64,000 bases of DNA from a virus. Below are positions 47,055 through 57,370 of the stretch, piece after piece; position 1 is the stretch's first letter, and each line of letters opens with the position of its first letter. The notes beneath the pieces are model-generated. The model was given only the letters and a program-made list of their open reading frames with translations. It was not told the origin of the DNA and did no database searches. The translations under genes were made by a program, and so were the position numbers. Location: IMG/VR virus record IMGVR_UViG_3300019889_000001, positions 5,726-69,725 of that record; one strand, given 5' to 3'.

Positions 47055-50000
47055 TCATCCGCCGAGAGTCTCGAAGGCCACGCGGTTCAGCACAGCCAAA
47101 CCGATTGCCTCTGGATCGCCGTACGGCACCACCAGATTCAGGTTTTCGATAGTGGGGCGCGGGGCCTGGTCGTTGGCGCCCGGCAACGCCGCCGCGGCAC
47201 CGGCGGCGGCGGCTTCGAAATCTCGGATCTGCTGGATGAAATTGGCGAGAGCGGTGTCGGACAGGCCGACCTGTTCGACGAGGGCGGCGATCTGGGTGGC
47301 GTTAAATCCGAAGGCGATCGCCGAGTTGACGAGGTTGTCGCGGAAGCCACGGAGATTCGAGACGACCTGGTCGGCGCTTTGACCGGCCTCGAGCATTTCG
47401 GTGGCGAAGCCGCGGATCGACTCGAGCTGTTCGAGGATCAGGGCGTTGTTGGCGAGTCCTTCCGCCGAGAAGTCGAGGGCGGTCAACTGCTGGCGCCATT
47501 GAGCAAGGGCGGCGCTCGACACACCGTAGGCGGCGATGACTTCGTCGACTTGGGCGACGTTGAAGCCGAGGCTGGCGGCCTGGTTGCGAAGCGCGTTGAC
47601 ATAGGCGTTCATGGTGTCGGTGACTCCACCGGCGCTGCTGCCCGCTTCTAGCGCAGCGCGGCCCCATTCGGTGATGCTCGCGATGGCGGACGCGAGGGCT
47701 TCGCGGTTCGCGGAACCGGCGAACGTGCCTTGGCTGAGGGCGGCCGGTCCGGTGGCGAGGATGTTCTGCTGACGCAGCGATAGCGGTTGGGCGACACCTT
47801 CGTTGTTGGTGCCTGCCCGTAGATGCCAGGCATCGTTCCATTCCTGGGCGATCGAAGTGAACGCATCCTGGAATTGGAGGAGGGCGAGGTTGATGCCGAC
47901 CTGGGCCTTCTCCAGACCGCCTGCCGTGCGCGACCCGAGTGATTCGCTTGCCGCCGATCGGAACTGGCCGTAGATTCCTTGCGCCCGCTGATACTCCTGG
48001 ATCACCCGCTGACTGGACGCCGACAGCGATGTTCCTCCTGGAATCAACGACGGGGTGAGCGCGCCGAAGATGGCGGAGCCGACCTGGGCTTTCCGCATTG
48101 CTTCACCGGCACGTTCGGTGCCTTTCGCGATGGCTCCTTCGATGGCGTCGCCCATTGCTTGAGCCATGTCTCCTTCGGCGTCCTGGATGCCCTGGACGAA
48201 GCCTTGGCCGATCTGGGTGCCGATGTCGAAGAACACCTGTGATGGTGAGCGGATCTTCAGTTTCGCCCGTGCCGCCGCAGCGACGATCGCCGCGACATTA
48301 GCGGCGGCGTTCGCGGCCTGTCCGGCTTGCGAGCTGATGCCTTGCGCCATGGCGTTCGTCAGGTTCGCGCCGGCGCTGTACATCGCGATGTTGTACACCC
48401 TGACCGCGCTGACAGCCGCCGCGGCGGGCCGGGCGGCGGCCGATGCGGCTCCGCTGCTGCCGCCGGTGATGCCGGCCGTGATAGCTGACCCGATAGCGGT
48501 CGCGGCACGCAACGCCTGGACCGCGCCGGCGATCAAGGTGGCGACGATTCTGGATGTGACGTCGCGGGCTTGGGCGATGCCGCGGTCGTCGACGGTGACG
48601 CCAACCGAACTCGGAGATTTCGCTCTGGTCTTCGTGGTGCCGGTCACGCTTGCTGTGATGGCGTTCGCGACTTCCTTCGAGGAGGAGATGCCTTCGGCGA
48701 TGCCTCCAGCAATCTTCGTGCCGATTTCACGGGCCTGCGGATAGGTCCCGCCCCCTGCTCCGGCGACAGCCCCGGCGAGAACGTCGTCTGCGGCTTGGGC
48801 GCCGATTTCCATGAATCTGCCTTTGCCTTCGGTGCCCGCCGTGCCTAATTCGGCCGCGACAGCCAGCATGACTGCCTGTGCCTTCTCCTTGACGAGGGCT
48901 CTGGCTTCGGGGGTGTCGAGGGCGTTGACGGCTTCGAGCATGAGGAGTTCGGCTTCGGGGGTGAGGTCGGCGTCGACGATCTGCTGACGTAGCCCGTTGA
49001 GGAACGAATCCATTTCGGCGCCGTTCGTGACGAGGCCTTCGTCGACGGCCTGGCCGAACAGATCGGCGATGCTGTCGCGGAACGGTCCGACGGCCTGACG
49101 GATCGCGGCGGCCTGATCTGCGGGGGCGACGCCTTCGAGGGCGCTGAGGATCTGTTCGTTGACGTTGGGTAGCCCGAGAGCGAATTCGTCGGCGAGCGCC
49201 TGGAACGATCCTCCGTAGCTGCCGATGTTGAGAAGATCTTCGAGGGCGGCCTGCGCGTCATTGGCGGCATCCTTCAAGTCGTCGAGAGGGACCACGACGT
49301 CACCGACAGCACCCTTGATTGCGGACACGTCGGTGTCGTTCAACTTCTTCACGTCGGTGGTAGCCAGCTCGGCATCCAGACCAATCTGAGCGAGCGCTTT
49401 CGCGACGGCGTCGGATTCGCCAGCGAGCACTCCGTGGATGTTGGCGAGGTCGCCCTCGGTGATGCCGAGGAGTCCGAGGATTTCGTTACCGCGGTTCAAC
49501 AGGTCAATCTGGGATTGGTCCATACCGAGATCGAGCAGCCTTTGTGGATCGAGATCGCCGATCTCGGCGAGGTTGAGTCCAAGTTCGTCGACGAGCGCGA
49601 TGAAATCCTCGAACTGTGCTCCGGTCAATCCGACGTCGTCGAGCGCGGCAGCCTCGTCCGCGAGGCCTTGGAGGAAGCGGGTGGCTTCGTCGGCTGGAGT
49701 GGAGATTCCTTCGGTCAGGCGATCGCCGAACGCGACGAAGTCGAAGTCGGCCATGTTCACGAGCGCGTCGCCCCACGCCGCGAATGCGTCGGGTCCGGCC
49801 TCGCTGAGGCTGTTGAGGATGAGCTCTGAGATACCTTGACCGATTTCGATGCCGCTGAGGTCACGCAACGCGTCGACGTAGGTCGAAACTTTCTCGGCAG
49901 CCTTCTCGGCTTCTCGGGCCTGCGATCCGAACAGGGCACCGAGTCCCGCCACTGCGGTGCCGAGAACCGCTCCGATTGCTGTGCCGACACCGGGAGCGAT

Positions 50001-53000
50001 CGACGTGCCAATGGCCGCGCCTGTCGCGCCGCCCGTAAGGAGTCCCAGAACGAGTCCGCCGAAGCTGCCGCTCTGACCAGCAAGGTTGCCTGCTTCAAAG
50101 GCGATGAGGCCGCCAACGACAGCGCTACCGATCGAACGGCCGACGGTTGCCAACTGATCGCGGAAGCGAACGGGGATTTGGGCAGACAGTTTCGTCTGGG
50201 CGATGCCGTCGGTCACTGCGCCGCCGAGTCCAGCCTGGGCGATGCCAGAGGTGACAGCGTTCTTCAGCTTCGCCGATTCGGTGCGGTTACGGAAGATGCC
50301 GACGAGGCCACCGAGGAGTCCTCGACCGGCGGACGTCCCAATGATGAGCGCGCCGACTGCGACAGTGAGCCCGACCGCCGGGTCGGAGAGAATCGCTCCG
50401 ATGGCGTCCGTGAGGAGGCCGGGTCCTTCGGTCTTGATGAAGTCGAACGCGACGCCAAGACCGTCGAGGAGGATGTTGCCCCATTCGTCGGCGTTTTCGG
50501 CGATGCCTTCGAAGACGCCGAGGAGGGCGGCACCGATAGCCGCTAGCAATGCGGCCGCGGTGACGGCGAGTGCGATGACAAAGCGGGGGTCGGAGACGAA
50601 CAGTCCGAGGACGCGTCCGACCTCGCGAATGATGTTGCCGATGTCCTTCGCGACACCGATGACATTCGCCGAGCTGAACGTGCTGGCGAACCAGGCGGTG
50701 ATTGCGTCCCATACCGGTCCGAGGGCGTCGCCGACTTCCTCGGTGATGTTGCCGAGGGATGTCGTCAGGCCGTCCCAGATTCCACCAAGATCGACGCCGC
50801 CACCATCGGCACCGAGTGACTTACCTTCGGTGTCGTTCCCACCAAACAGTCCTTGGATCGCATTGCCGATCGCGTCGGTCAACGGCTCGATCAGGGTGAG
50901 GCCGGTTTGGATGGCGGCGGCGATGGTGCCGATGACGTCCCCGATGAATCCGACGACGTTCGACACGCCGTTCGCGAACGGCCCGCGGAAGAACCGGACG
51001 ATGGGTCCGAGGAATGTGTCTTCGAGGACGTTGAGGATTCGTGTCCCAACTCCGCCCGGGTCGTCACCGAAGAGGGCGTTGAAGATGTCGCCGAGGAACC
51101 CGCCGAAGTCGGCGATGCCGCCGCCGATCGTTTCGACGAGATCGGCGAACGGACCGCGGAAGAATTCGGTGATGGGACCCAGGAAGGTTTGCTCGAGGAC
51201 GTTCAGGACGCGGGTTCCGACGCTCTGGTCGGCCGTAGCTTTGCCCGCGCCTGCCCCACCGCCACCGAAGATCGCCGAGAAAATGTCGCCGCCGAACCCG
51301 CCAATGCCTTCGATCGCATTGGCGAACGGGCCGCGGAAGAACTCGACGAATGGGCCGAGGAATGTGGTTTCGAGGAGGTTGAGGAAGTCGTTGCCGCCGC
51401 GGGCCTCGGCGAACATGGCTTCGCCGGGTTCGATGCCGAACAGGCTTGTCACGATGCTTTCGGAGAAGTCGCCGATGGCTCGGCCGATGTCCTGCAAAGT
51501 GTCGGCGAGGAACCGGCCGCCTTCGCCGATGCGGAGGAAGAATTCGAACATCTTCACCCAGTTGGTGAGACTGACGATTCCGCGTCGCAGGCTTTGGACG
51601 AATCCGGCGACGCGGTCGCCGAGGGACTTGAAGAAGTTCTGATTCCCGAAGATGGCGCTGCTCGCGATGCCGCCGACGAATTCGAGTAGACCGCGAACCG
51701 CTTCGCCGAGCCCGGCGAACGCTGGCTTCAATCCGGCGAGGGCCCCGCGAAGACGCAGGGAGCTGTCCCGGATGCGTCCGAACAACGCGCCGAGGCCGCC
51801 TGCGGCGAGCACCGTCAGACCCAGCGGGCTCGTGAGAGCGATGAGAGCGAGGCGGAGGATCTTGAATCCGCCGGCGAGGGCGAGGACGCCACCGATGGCT
51901 TTGGCCGCATCCCCGAGGGAGTCGCGGAACTGCTTCAGCCGTTCGTTGGTTTCTGCGGGAGGAGTGAAGTTCTCCCAGATTTCGGCGGCGTCTTCGGCGG
52001 AGACGAAGTTCTCGTCGGTGAATCCAAACTGGGCGCGGAGGACTTCCTGGGCGGCGGGGGGCAGATCAAGGATGTTGACTTCGGCGTTCGGGTCGGTCGC
52101 TGCCAGGTCGGCGAACGGGTTCTTCCCGCGGTCCCTCGAGAACATCGAACCCGAGATGAATCCTCCGGCCGCGGAGAGGAACTGGTTGAGGGCGCCCATC
52201 CCTCGCTTCAGCGGGCCTTCGACGAGCCCGATGATTTCGGCGCCGAAGATCGCGAAGTTCTCACGAAGGTTGTCGGCCAGGCCGCCGAGTGATTGACCGA
52301 CTTTTTGGGAGAAGCCTTCGAGTTCTGGGAACCTTGCCGCGGCGCCTTCCTGGAGGGCTTCGAAGAAGGCGTCGGCGGTGATCGCACCACCGAGGTCGCC
52401 GTCGCGTCGGGCCTTTTGGAATGCGGCCTGGTCGCCACCGAAGAACCGGTCGGCGAGAATCGAGACGAGTGGGACGCCGGGGATGGATTCGAGGAGCTGG
52501 TTGAGTTCTTGGCCTTCGAGGCGGCCGGAGGCGGCGATCTGGCTGAAGGCGAGGCGGGCCGCGGCGAACTGCTGTGTTCCGCCACCGGTCAAAGAGACGA
52601 GATCCGAAAGGAAGGTGACGGTGTCGAAGGCGCGGTCGGCATCTCCGAACGCCGCGGTGAGTTGGGCGACTGATCCTGCGACCTCGGTGAAGTCGAAGCG
52701 GGTGGTACGGGCGTAGTCGGAGATCTGCTGAAGCATTGCCGTCGCCTTGGGGCCCGACTGAAGCAGGGTGGTGAACTGGAGTTCCAGCGACTCTTCCTGC
52801 CCGGCGCGAGTGAAGCCGGACGTGAGTAACGCACCGAGGCTGAGCCCGCCGGCGGCACCGGCCAGCCCGAGGCCGCCGAGGATGCCGGACTGCTGTTGAG
52901 CTTGGAATCGCTGCTGAGCCTGTGCTTGTCGGCTGAGACTTGCGGTGAGAGCGCGTTCGCGTCGGCTCATGCTGGTCTGGTAGGCGCGTTCGTCGCGGCT

Positions 53001-53846
53001 CAGCGCCGACGAGATGGCACGGGACACAGCGCCCAACGACGACGTGATGCCGCGGCCGATCGTCGCCAAAGCGCGGTTGGCTCCCGTGGCGAAGGTGGAG
53101 ACCGTCCGGCCGAGTCCCGAGAAGATCGTGGAAACCGTCCGGCCGAGCCCGCGCAGAGTGGTTCCGGCTATGTTGACGAAGCCGCGCACGGCGCGCTCCG
53201 CAGATTTCCAGGTCAGTTCGAAGACGCGGGTGAGTGACCGTTCGATCTGGAGGGCCTGTTTCGAGAAGGCTTTCAGGAGGGCGACGCGCTGCGCCGACGA
53301 GGCCCGCAGGGCGGCGGACTGTGCCTGCTGGTTGGAGATGACGGTGCGCTGGATCTGAGCTTCGGCTTGGAGACGGTCACGGTTCTGCTGATCCTGAGAA
53401 CGGGTCGCGGTGCGGGCCGACGTGGCGAGATCTTTGAGGAGGTCGCGCTGCACTCGGGTCGCCTCGGACAGGTCCTCCATGTTGTTCGCCATCGCAGAGA
53501 TCTGTTCGGCGAGAACGTTGAACGACCGGTTCGTGCCCGACGGGAACTTGGTGGCGTCCGTCGCGGCCTTGCCGACCTTTTTGAACGCGTCGGTCATCGC
53601 CTTCGCAGCCCGGTTGGCCTGCTTGACGGTTTCGTCGAAGGCCTTGTTTGTCGTCTTCGGGATCTTGCCGAGTTCTTTGATGATGCCCGCGACGAGACTC
53701 GTGACGGCTTTGCGGACCCGGGGGTCGTTCATCGCTTGAGCTAGCGCGTCGGAGAATGCGTCCTCGACTTGTTTGGCGCCGGGCTCCGCATTCGCGTTGA
53801 TGTCAACGGTGATTTCTCCGTCGCCACCTCCTCCGAAGGATGCCAT
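47055..53846 (-). CDS. tape measure protein (2263 aa)
   Basis: Long Ala-rich ORF; SQIAASGRLEGQELNQL tape-measure domain; IRSPS.VF motif. Confidence 0.95.
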   Translation of the reverse strand: MASFGGGGDGEITVDINANAEPGAKQVEDAFSDALAQAMNDPRVRKAVTSLVAGIIKELGKIPKTTNKAFDETVKQANRAAKAMTDAFKKVGKAATDATKFPSGTNRSFNVLAEQISAMANNMEDLSEATRVQRDLLKDLATSARTATRSQDQQNRDRLQAEAQIQRTVISNQQAQSAALRASSAQRVALLKAFSKQALQIERSLTRVFELTWKSAERAVRGFVNIAGTTLRGLGRTVSTIFSGLGRTVSTFATGANRALATIGRGITSSLGAVSRAISSALSRDERAYQTSMSRRERALTASLSRQAQAQQRFQAQQQSGILGGLGLAGAAGGLSLGALLTSGFTRAGQEESLELQFTTLLQSGPKATAMLQQISDYARTTRFDFTEVAGSVAQLTAAFGDADRAFDTVTFLSDLVSLTGGGTQQFAAARLAFSQIAASGRLEGQELNQLLESIPGVPLVSILADRFFGGDQAAFQKARRDGDLGGAITADAFFEALQEGAAARFPELEGFSQKVGQSLGGLADNLRENFAIFGAEIIGLVEGPLKRGMGALNQFLSAAGGFISGSMFSRDRGKNPFADLAATDPNAEVNILDLPPAAQEVLRAQFGFTDENFVSAEDAAEIWENFTPPAETNERLKQFRDSLGDAAKAIGGVLALAGGFKILRLALIALTSPLGLTVLAAGGLGALFGRIRDSSLRLRGALAGLKPAFAGLGEAVRGLLEFVGGIASSAIFGNQNFFKSLGDRVAGFVQSLRRGIVSLTNWVKMFEFFLRIGEGGRFLADTLQDIGRAIGDFSESIVTSLFGIEPGEAMFAEARGGNDFLNLLETTFLGPFVEFFRGPFANAIEGIGGFGGDIFSAIFGGGGAGAGKATADQSVGTRVLNVLEQTFLGPITEFFRGPFADLVETIGGGIADFGGFLGDIFNALFGDDPGGVGTRILNVLEDTFLGPIVRFFRGPFANGVSNVVGFIGDVIGTIAAAIQTGLTLIEPLTDAIGNAIQGLFGGNDTEGKSLGADGGGVDLGGIWDGLTTSLGNITEEVGDALGPVWDAITAWFASTFSSANVIGVAKDIGNIIREVGRVLGLFVSDPRFVIALAVTAAALLAAIGAALLGVFEGIAENADEWGNILLDGLGVAFDFIKTEGPGLLTDAIGAILSDPAVGLTVAVGALIIGTSAGRGLLGGLVGIFRNRTESAKLKNAVTSGIAQAGLGGAVTDGIAQTKLSAQIPVRFRDQLATVGRSIGSAVVGGLIAFEAGNLAGQSGSFGGLVLGLLTGGATGAAIGTSIAPGVGTAIGAVLGTAVAGLGALFGSQAREAEKAAEKVSTYVDALRDLSGIEIGQGISELILNSLSEAGPDAFAAWGDALVNMADFDFVAFGDRLTEGISTPADEATRFLQGLADEAAALDDVGLTGAQFEDFIALVDELGLNLAEIGDLDPQRLLDLGMDQSQIDLLNRGNEILGLLGITEGDLANIHGVLAGESDAVAKALAQIGLDAELATTDVKKLNDTDVSAIKGAVGDVVVPLDDLKDAANDAQAALEDLLNIGSYGGSFQALADEFALGLPNVNEQILSALEGVAPADQAAAIRQAVGPFRDSIADLFGQAVDEGLVTNGAEMDSFLNGLRQQIVDADLTPEAELLMLEAVNALDTPEARALVKEKAQAVMLAVAAELGTAGTEGKGRFMEIGAQAADDVLAGAVAGAGGGTYPQAREIGTKIAGGIAEGISSSKEVANAITASVTGTTKTRAKSPSSVGVTVDDRGIAQARDVTSRIVATLIAGAVQALRAATAIGSAITAGITGGSSGAASAAARPAAAAVSAVRVYNIAMYSAGANLTNAMAQGISSQAGQAANAAANVAAIVAAAARAKLKIRSPSQVFFDIGTQIGQGFVQGIQDAEGDMAQAMGDAIEGAIAKGTERAGEAMRKAQVGSAIFGALTPSLIPGGTSLSASSQRVIQEYQRAQGIYGQFRSAASESLGSRTAGGLEKAQVGINLALLQFQDAFTSIAQEWNDAWHLRAGTNNEGVAQPLSLRQQNILATGPAALSQGTFAGSANREALASAIASITEWGRAALEAGSSAGGVTDTMNAYVNALRNQAASLGFNVAQVDEVIAAYGVSSAALAQWRQQLTALDFSAEGLANNALILEQLESIRGFATEMLEAGQSADQVVSNLRGFRDNLVNSAIAFGFNATQIAALVEQVGLSDTALANFIQQIRDFEAAAAGAAAALPGANDQAPRPTIENLNLVVPYGDPEAIGLAVLNRVAFETLGG

Positions 53847-53848
53847 GG

Positions 53849-54376
53849 TTATTCCACTCGATCCCAGAATGGATGCAGTGCGTTCTTGGCGGCGAGGTAG
53901 GCGGTAGAAGCTTCCTCCGGTGTGGCGAAGGCGCCGAGGTAGTACTTCTGGTGATCGACGACGATCTTCGCCTGCCACCGATTGCCGTTCGGGGCGACGC
54001 CGAGGTACCCCGCCTTGTTGCCTCGTTGAGGGCTATGTTGGTTCTGTGCGTTCTGCGTGTCGGGGTCTTCGCGCAGATTGGCGATCCGATTATCGTCTCT
54101 GCGGCCGTTGCGGTGGTCGAGATCGATGGACGGCCAGACACCGTAGATGTACAGCCACGCCAGATGGTGGCCCCTTCGACTTACCCCATCCAGTTCGATC
54201 ACGCGGTACCCATTCGGATTAACACAGCCCGCGCGACCGCCGGGCCGGACGCGACATGCGGCTGGGTGGGGGCGTTTCCGCCATTGGAACACCCCTACGT
54301 CGGGATCGTAGTCGAACACCTCGCGCACCCGGTCGGCTGTCGGCGGTGGATACCGAGAAGCGCGCTTGAATGCCAC
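53849..54376 (-). CDS. HNH-AP2 homing endonuclease
   Basis: DYDPDVGVFQW, DHRNGRRDDNRIANLR, LGAFATPEEA; TAGAAT-N6-GTG. Confidence 0.92.
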   Translation of the reverse strand: MAFKRASRYPPPTADRVREVFDYDPDVGVFQWRKRPHPAACRVRPGGRAGCVNPNGYRVIELDGVSRRGHHLAWLYIYGVWPSIDLDHRNGRRDDNRIANLREDPDTQNAQNQHSPQRGNKAGYLGVAPNGNRWQAKIVVDHQKYYLGAFATPEEASTAYLAAKNALHPFWDRVE

Positions 54377-54417
54377 GGGAGGATTCTACGACGCCTGGGT
54401 GACCCAGAAGTGCGCAA

Positions 54418-55142
54418 TCATGAGGCACGCTTCGCCTTGATGCGTTCGATCTCGGCGTTGAAGTCGTCGAGTTTGCGCTGATCGGCGGCCGTCATGCCTC
54501 CGCCGCCTCGAGGGAGGGCTTTCTGTCCGCCCGACTTCTGTGGTGGTGGGGTGCCTTCGTCGAAGAGGTTCCACATCGTTTCGCGGTACTGGAATGGGTT
54601 GGACATCATCGGCGTCTGACGCATCATGTAAGCCCAGGCCACCGCACAATAATCACCGACCGTAATCCTGTCCGGGTCGCGGCCGGCGAGGATCAGCTCC
54701 CCGCGGATAGCGCTTTCCCACCCGCTCTGCGAGCAGAACGATTGGATCCGGACGACCCGTTCGTAGGGTTTCCGTCCGCCACCGCCTCGGTCATGCGCTT
54801 CATGATGAACAGGAGGCGGTCGATGTTGAGGGCGATACGTGAGGCCATTGCGCTCTGGAACCGTTTGCGGTCGTCGGGGTGGACCATCGACAGCATGTAG
54901 CGCTGAAGGGCGGCGGAGTCGTTCTCGATGTCGCCGAGCCCGGAGACCGCGAAGAAGTTCATCTCTTTCAACAGGAGGTACTCTTCGCCGTAGATCGGTC
55001 CGAATACGACGGTGGCGACGTCTTCCTCTTCGCCGAACTCCTCGAGCATTTCGCTGTCGATGTCGTAGGTCGTCTTCGGCTTGCGTTTCGCGGGCGTGAC
55101 GCGGCCGGACGTGGAAGCCTTGCGGGGAACTGTGGTAGCCAT
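54418..55142 (-). CDS. tail assembly chaperones G/GT with -1 programmed frameshift
   Basis: G ORF 54693-55142; slippery A AAC CCT at 54765-54771; -1 frame open to 54418. Confidence 0.85.
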
Positions 55143-55146
55143 TGGA

Positions 55147-55665
55147 TTACATCCTTGTGGTGGTGGAGTGGGGTTGACGTCGCCGTTGGTTCAATCGTTG
55201 TTCGGTGGGTGTGGACCACCGACAGTTGGCTGGTTCGTAATCGCCCTCCGGGTCTCGCCTATCCAGCGACAACCCCTCAGGTCTGCGTCCCAGGTCGGCG
55301 AGGAAGTTTTCGAACGAGGCCAACCACCGGTCACAGACGTGGATGCCGCGACCGCCGTAGTACTTCCAGTCCTTGTTCTTTGGGTTGAGGCAACGACTCT
55401 TCATCGCTTGCCAAGAGTTGTAGGTCGGTGTTCCGCTCATGCCGTGGGTTCGGTAGTGGGTTCGGTTGTTGGATAGGCGACTCCGATGTCGGCCGCAGCC
55501 ACAGGAGCGCGACCGACCCGACTTGAGATTTTGATCCGTGACGACAGTCTGACGCCCACAATCACACCGGCATTCCCACTGTGTTCTCGCTCCGGGTCGC
55601 TTGACCCGCAGTAGGACCTTGAGGCTTCCATATCGTTGCCGTACTCTTATGGGTGGGGCGGGCAT
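55147..55665 (-). CDS. HNH homing endonuclease-like protein
   Basis: CRCDCG, THGMSGTPTYNSWQAMKSRC, YGGRGI, SLDR. Confidence 0.88.
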   Translation of the reverse strand: MPAPPIRVRQRYGSLKVLLRVKRPGARTQWECRCDCGRQTVVTDQNLKSGRSRSCGCGRHRSRLSNNRTHYRTHGMSGTPTYNSWQAMKSRCLNPKNKDWKYYGGRGIHVCDRWLASFENFLADLGRRPEGLSLDRRDPEGDYEPANCRWSTPTEQRLNQRRRQPHSTTTRM

Positions 55666-55708
55666 TGGGTTGACATGGTAACCGCTTCCTACCATGTCAT
55701 GGTGACAG

Positions 55709-56200
55709 CTACAGACGGCTGACGAATCCGCCGAGCGCCTGCTCGATGCCACGCTCCCAGAAACCACTCCCCGCGGTGCCAGGGTGGATGACGGCTGTCT
55801 TCGAGAAGAACCCCTTCGGCCGCTTGCTGGTGTCCGCCTTGTTGGCGAGCGGCCCGCCCCTCGGAGAGATGGTGTGGGCGACCGAGCCGTAGTTGAGACT
55901 GCCAAATTTCTTCATGAATGCGTCGTCGCCTTTCACTGAGAAAACGAGTTCAACACCGCGCGCCGACGGGTTGATCTTGTAGATGTAGGCGTCATACGAG
56001 AACAGGGGCTCCGAGCGAGCCTTACCTTTGCGTTGGCCGTAGGTGGTGCCGATGATCCCGAGGATTCTGCCGACCGAATCCTCCCCGGTGGCTTCGGCGG
56101 CACGGATCAGCTTCGGCTTCGATGCTTCGACCATGGCGCGGGCCAGCCGTTGAGTGCCGCCGGCGATCGACGTGCGGGCGTTGAACGCGAAGCCGGCCAT
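55709..56200 (-). CDS. tail completion / HK97 gp10-like neck protein
   Basis: NYGS..H.I....V.HPGT....F; position. Confidence 0.65.
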   Translation of the reverse strand: MAGFAFNARTSIAGGTQRLARAMVEASKPKLIRAAEATGEDSVGRILGIIGTTYGQRKGKARSEPLFSYDAYIYKINPSARGVELVFSVKGDDAFMKKFGSLNYGSVAHTISPRGGPLANKADTSKRPKGFFSKTAVIHPGTAGSGFWERGIEQALGGFVSRL

Positions 56201-56730
56201 TACAGATTCAGGGTCGCCCGGAACTGCCAGTTCCATGCGACCCATTTCGATTGCGGCACTGCCGCCTCGTCGGAAACGAACTGGATGGTTTCGCAGCCTC
56301 GAGTACACGCCGGACGCATCACGTTCAGCATGGCGCGGTGCGCCACTTCGGCATGGGAATAGAAGTGGAGTGCGGCGTAGTCGAGGGCTTCGAAGTCGGG
56401 CTTCATGATTCCGCCGCCGACAGCCTTCAATGTCGGGAAGCCCTCCTCGACGAGACGGATGTTGATGGTCGTCACCATCTTCGGGACGAAGAACTGTTTC
56501 GCTCCTGGTGTCGTGGCCCGGGAAGCGATCGGAGTTTTCGGGCCGGTCCAGCCCGCGACGAAATCACCGAAGTTCTGTGGTTCAGCGATCGACACGTACC
56601 GGCCGAACTCGGGGCAGGTTTCACCGATGCAGGCTTCGACGGCGTCGGCGGCGGCATCGACGAGAGCGCGGACCGTTGTGTACAGGCAGTCGCAGCACGG
56701 ATCGATCGGATCACACGGATCGGGGAGCAC
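56200..56730 (-). CDS. tail terminator-like protein
   Basis: Position; Cys-rich N-terminus; TAGGAT-N6-GTG. Confidence 0.55.
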   Translation of the reverse strand: MLPDPCDPIDPCCDCLYTTVRALVDAAADAVEACIGETCPEFGRYVSIAEPQNFGDFVAGWTGPKTPIASRATTPGAKQFFVPKMVTTINIRLVEEGFPTLKAVGGGIMKPDFEALDYAALHFYSHAEVAHRAMLNVMRPACTRGCETIQFVSDEAAVPQSKWVAWNWQFRATLNL

Positions 56731-56821
56731 GACGCGATCCTACGTCAACGACGGGTCGGTAGACTGATGTCCCCGGCGCGCTGTTCACGCCCGGGGACCG
56801 ACCGGACATTGGAGGTGCCCG

Positions 56822-57340
56822 ATGGAACCGAAGCCTACGCTGACGGTGGAGCGGCTGCGAGAACTGCTCGACTACGACCCCGAGACCGGCGAGTTCCGGT
56901 GGAAGGTGCGAGGCAAGGGTCGCCGAGTTGGAGTCTCGGCTGGGGGGCGGCGGGATAATGGTCTTCATCGGATCATGATCGACGGGGCCCGATTCAAGGC
57001 GCACCATCTCGCCTGGTTCTACGTTTACGGCGTATGGCCGACCGGCATCCTCGATCATCGGAACGAGACCCCGGCTGACAACTGGATCTCGAATCTACGC
57101 GAAGCCACCGTGACTCAGAACCAGCAGAACAGGAGCCGCGCCTGTTCTGATAGCCGGACTGGCTTGTTGGGCGTGAGCGCCAACGGGAAGGGGTGGCAGG
57201 CGCGCATCGTCGTCGACGGCAAAACGCGATGCCTCGGAACCTACGCCACACCAGAAGAAGCCCACCACGCTTACCTGGCGGCCAAACGGAAGCTACATCC
57301 GTTCTGGCAGGGCTCAGATCAAGAGAGGCCCCCAGCGTAA
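56822..57340 (+). CDS. HNH-AP2 homing endonuclease, antisense to the tail operon
   Basis: LDYDPETGEFRW, DHRN...DNWISNLRE, LGTYATPEEA. Confidence 0.92.
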   Translation: MEPKPTLTVERLRELLDYDPETGEFRWKVRGKGRRVGVSAGGRRDNGLHRIMIDGARFKAHHLAWFYVYGVWPTGILDHRNETPADNWISNLREATVTQNQQNRSRACSDSRTGLLGVSANGKGWQARIVVDGKTRCLGTYATPEEAHHAYLAAKRKLHPFWQGSDQERPPA

Positions 57341-57352
57341 GCCGGGGGCCTC
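57325..57352. terminator. hairpin between convergent HNH and major tail genes
   Basis: GAGGCCCCC...GGGGGCCTC. Confidence 0.6.
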
Positions 57353-57370
57353 GTCCGCTCTCTAGCCCGT

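Noticed and set aside
50203-51642. 479-aa plus-strand ORF and similar long antisense ORFs
   Set aside because: Antisense shadows expected in high-GC coding DNA; no motifs
53847-53978. N-terminal extension of the tape measure ORF
   Set aside because: Overlaps the HNH gene; ATG 53846 directly after the HNH stop is the plausible start
54765-54771. Tail chaperone frameshift as a novelty
   Set aside because: Well-established siphovirus feature; listed as a feature only
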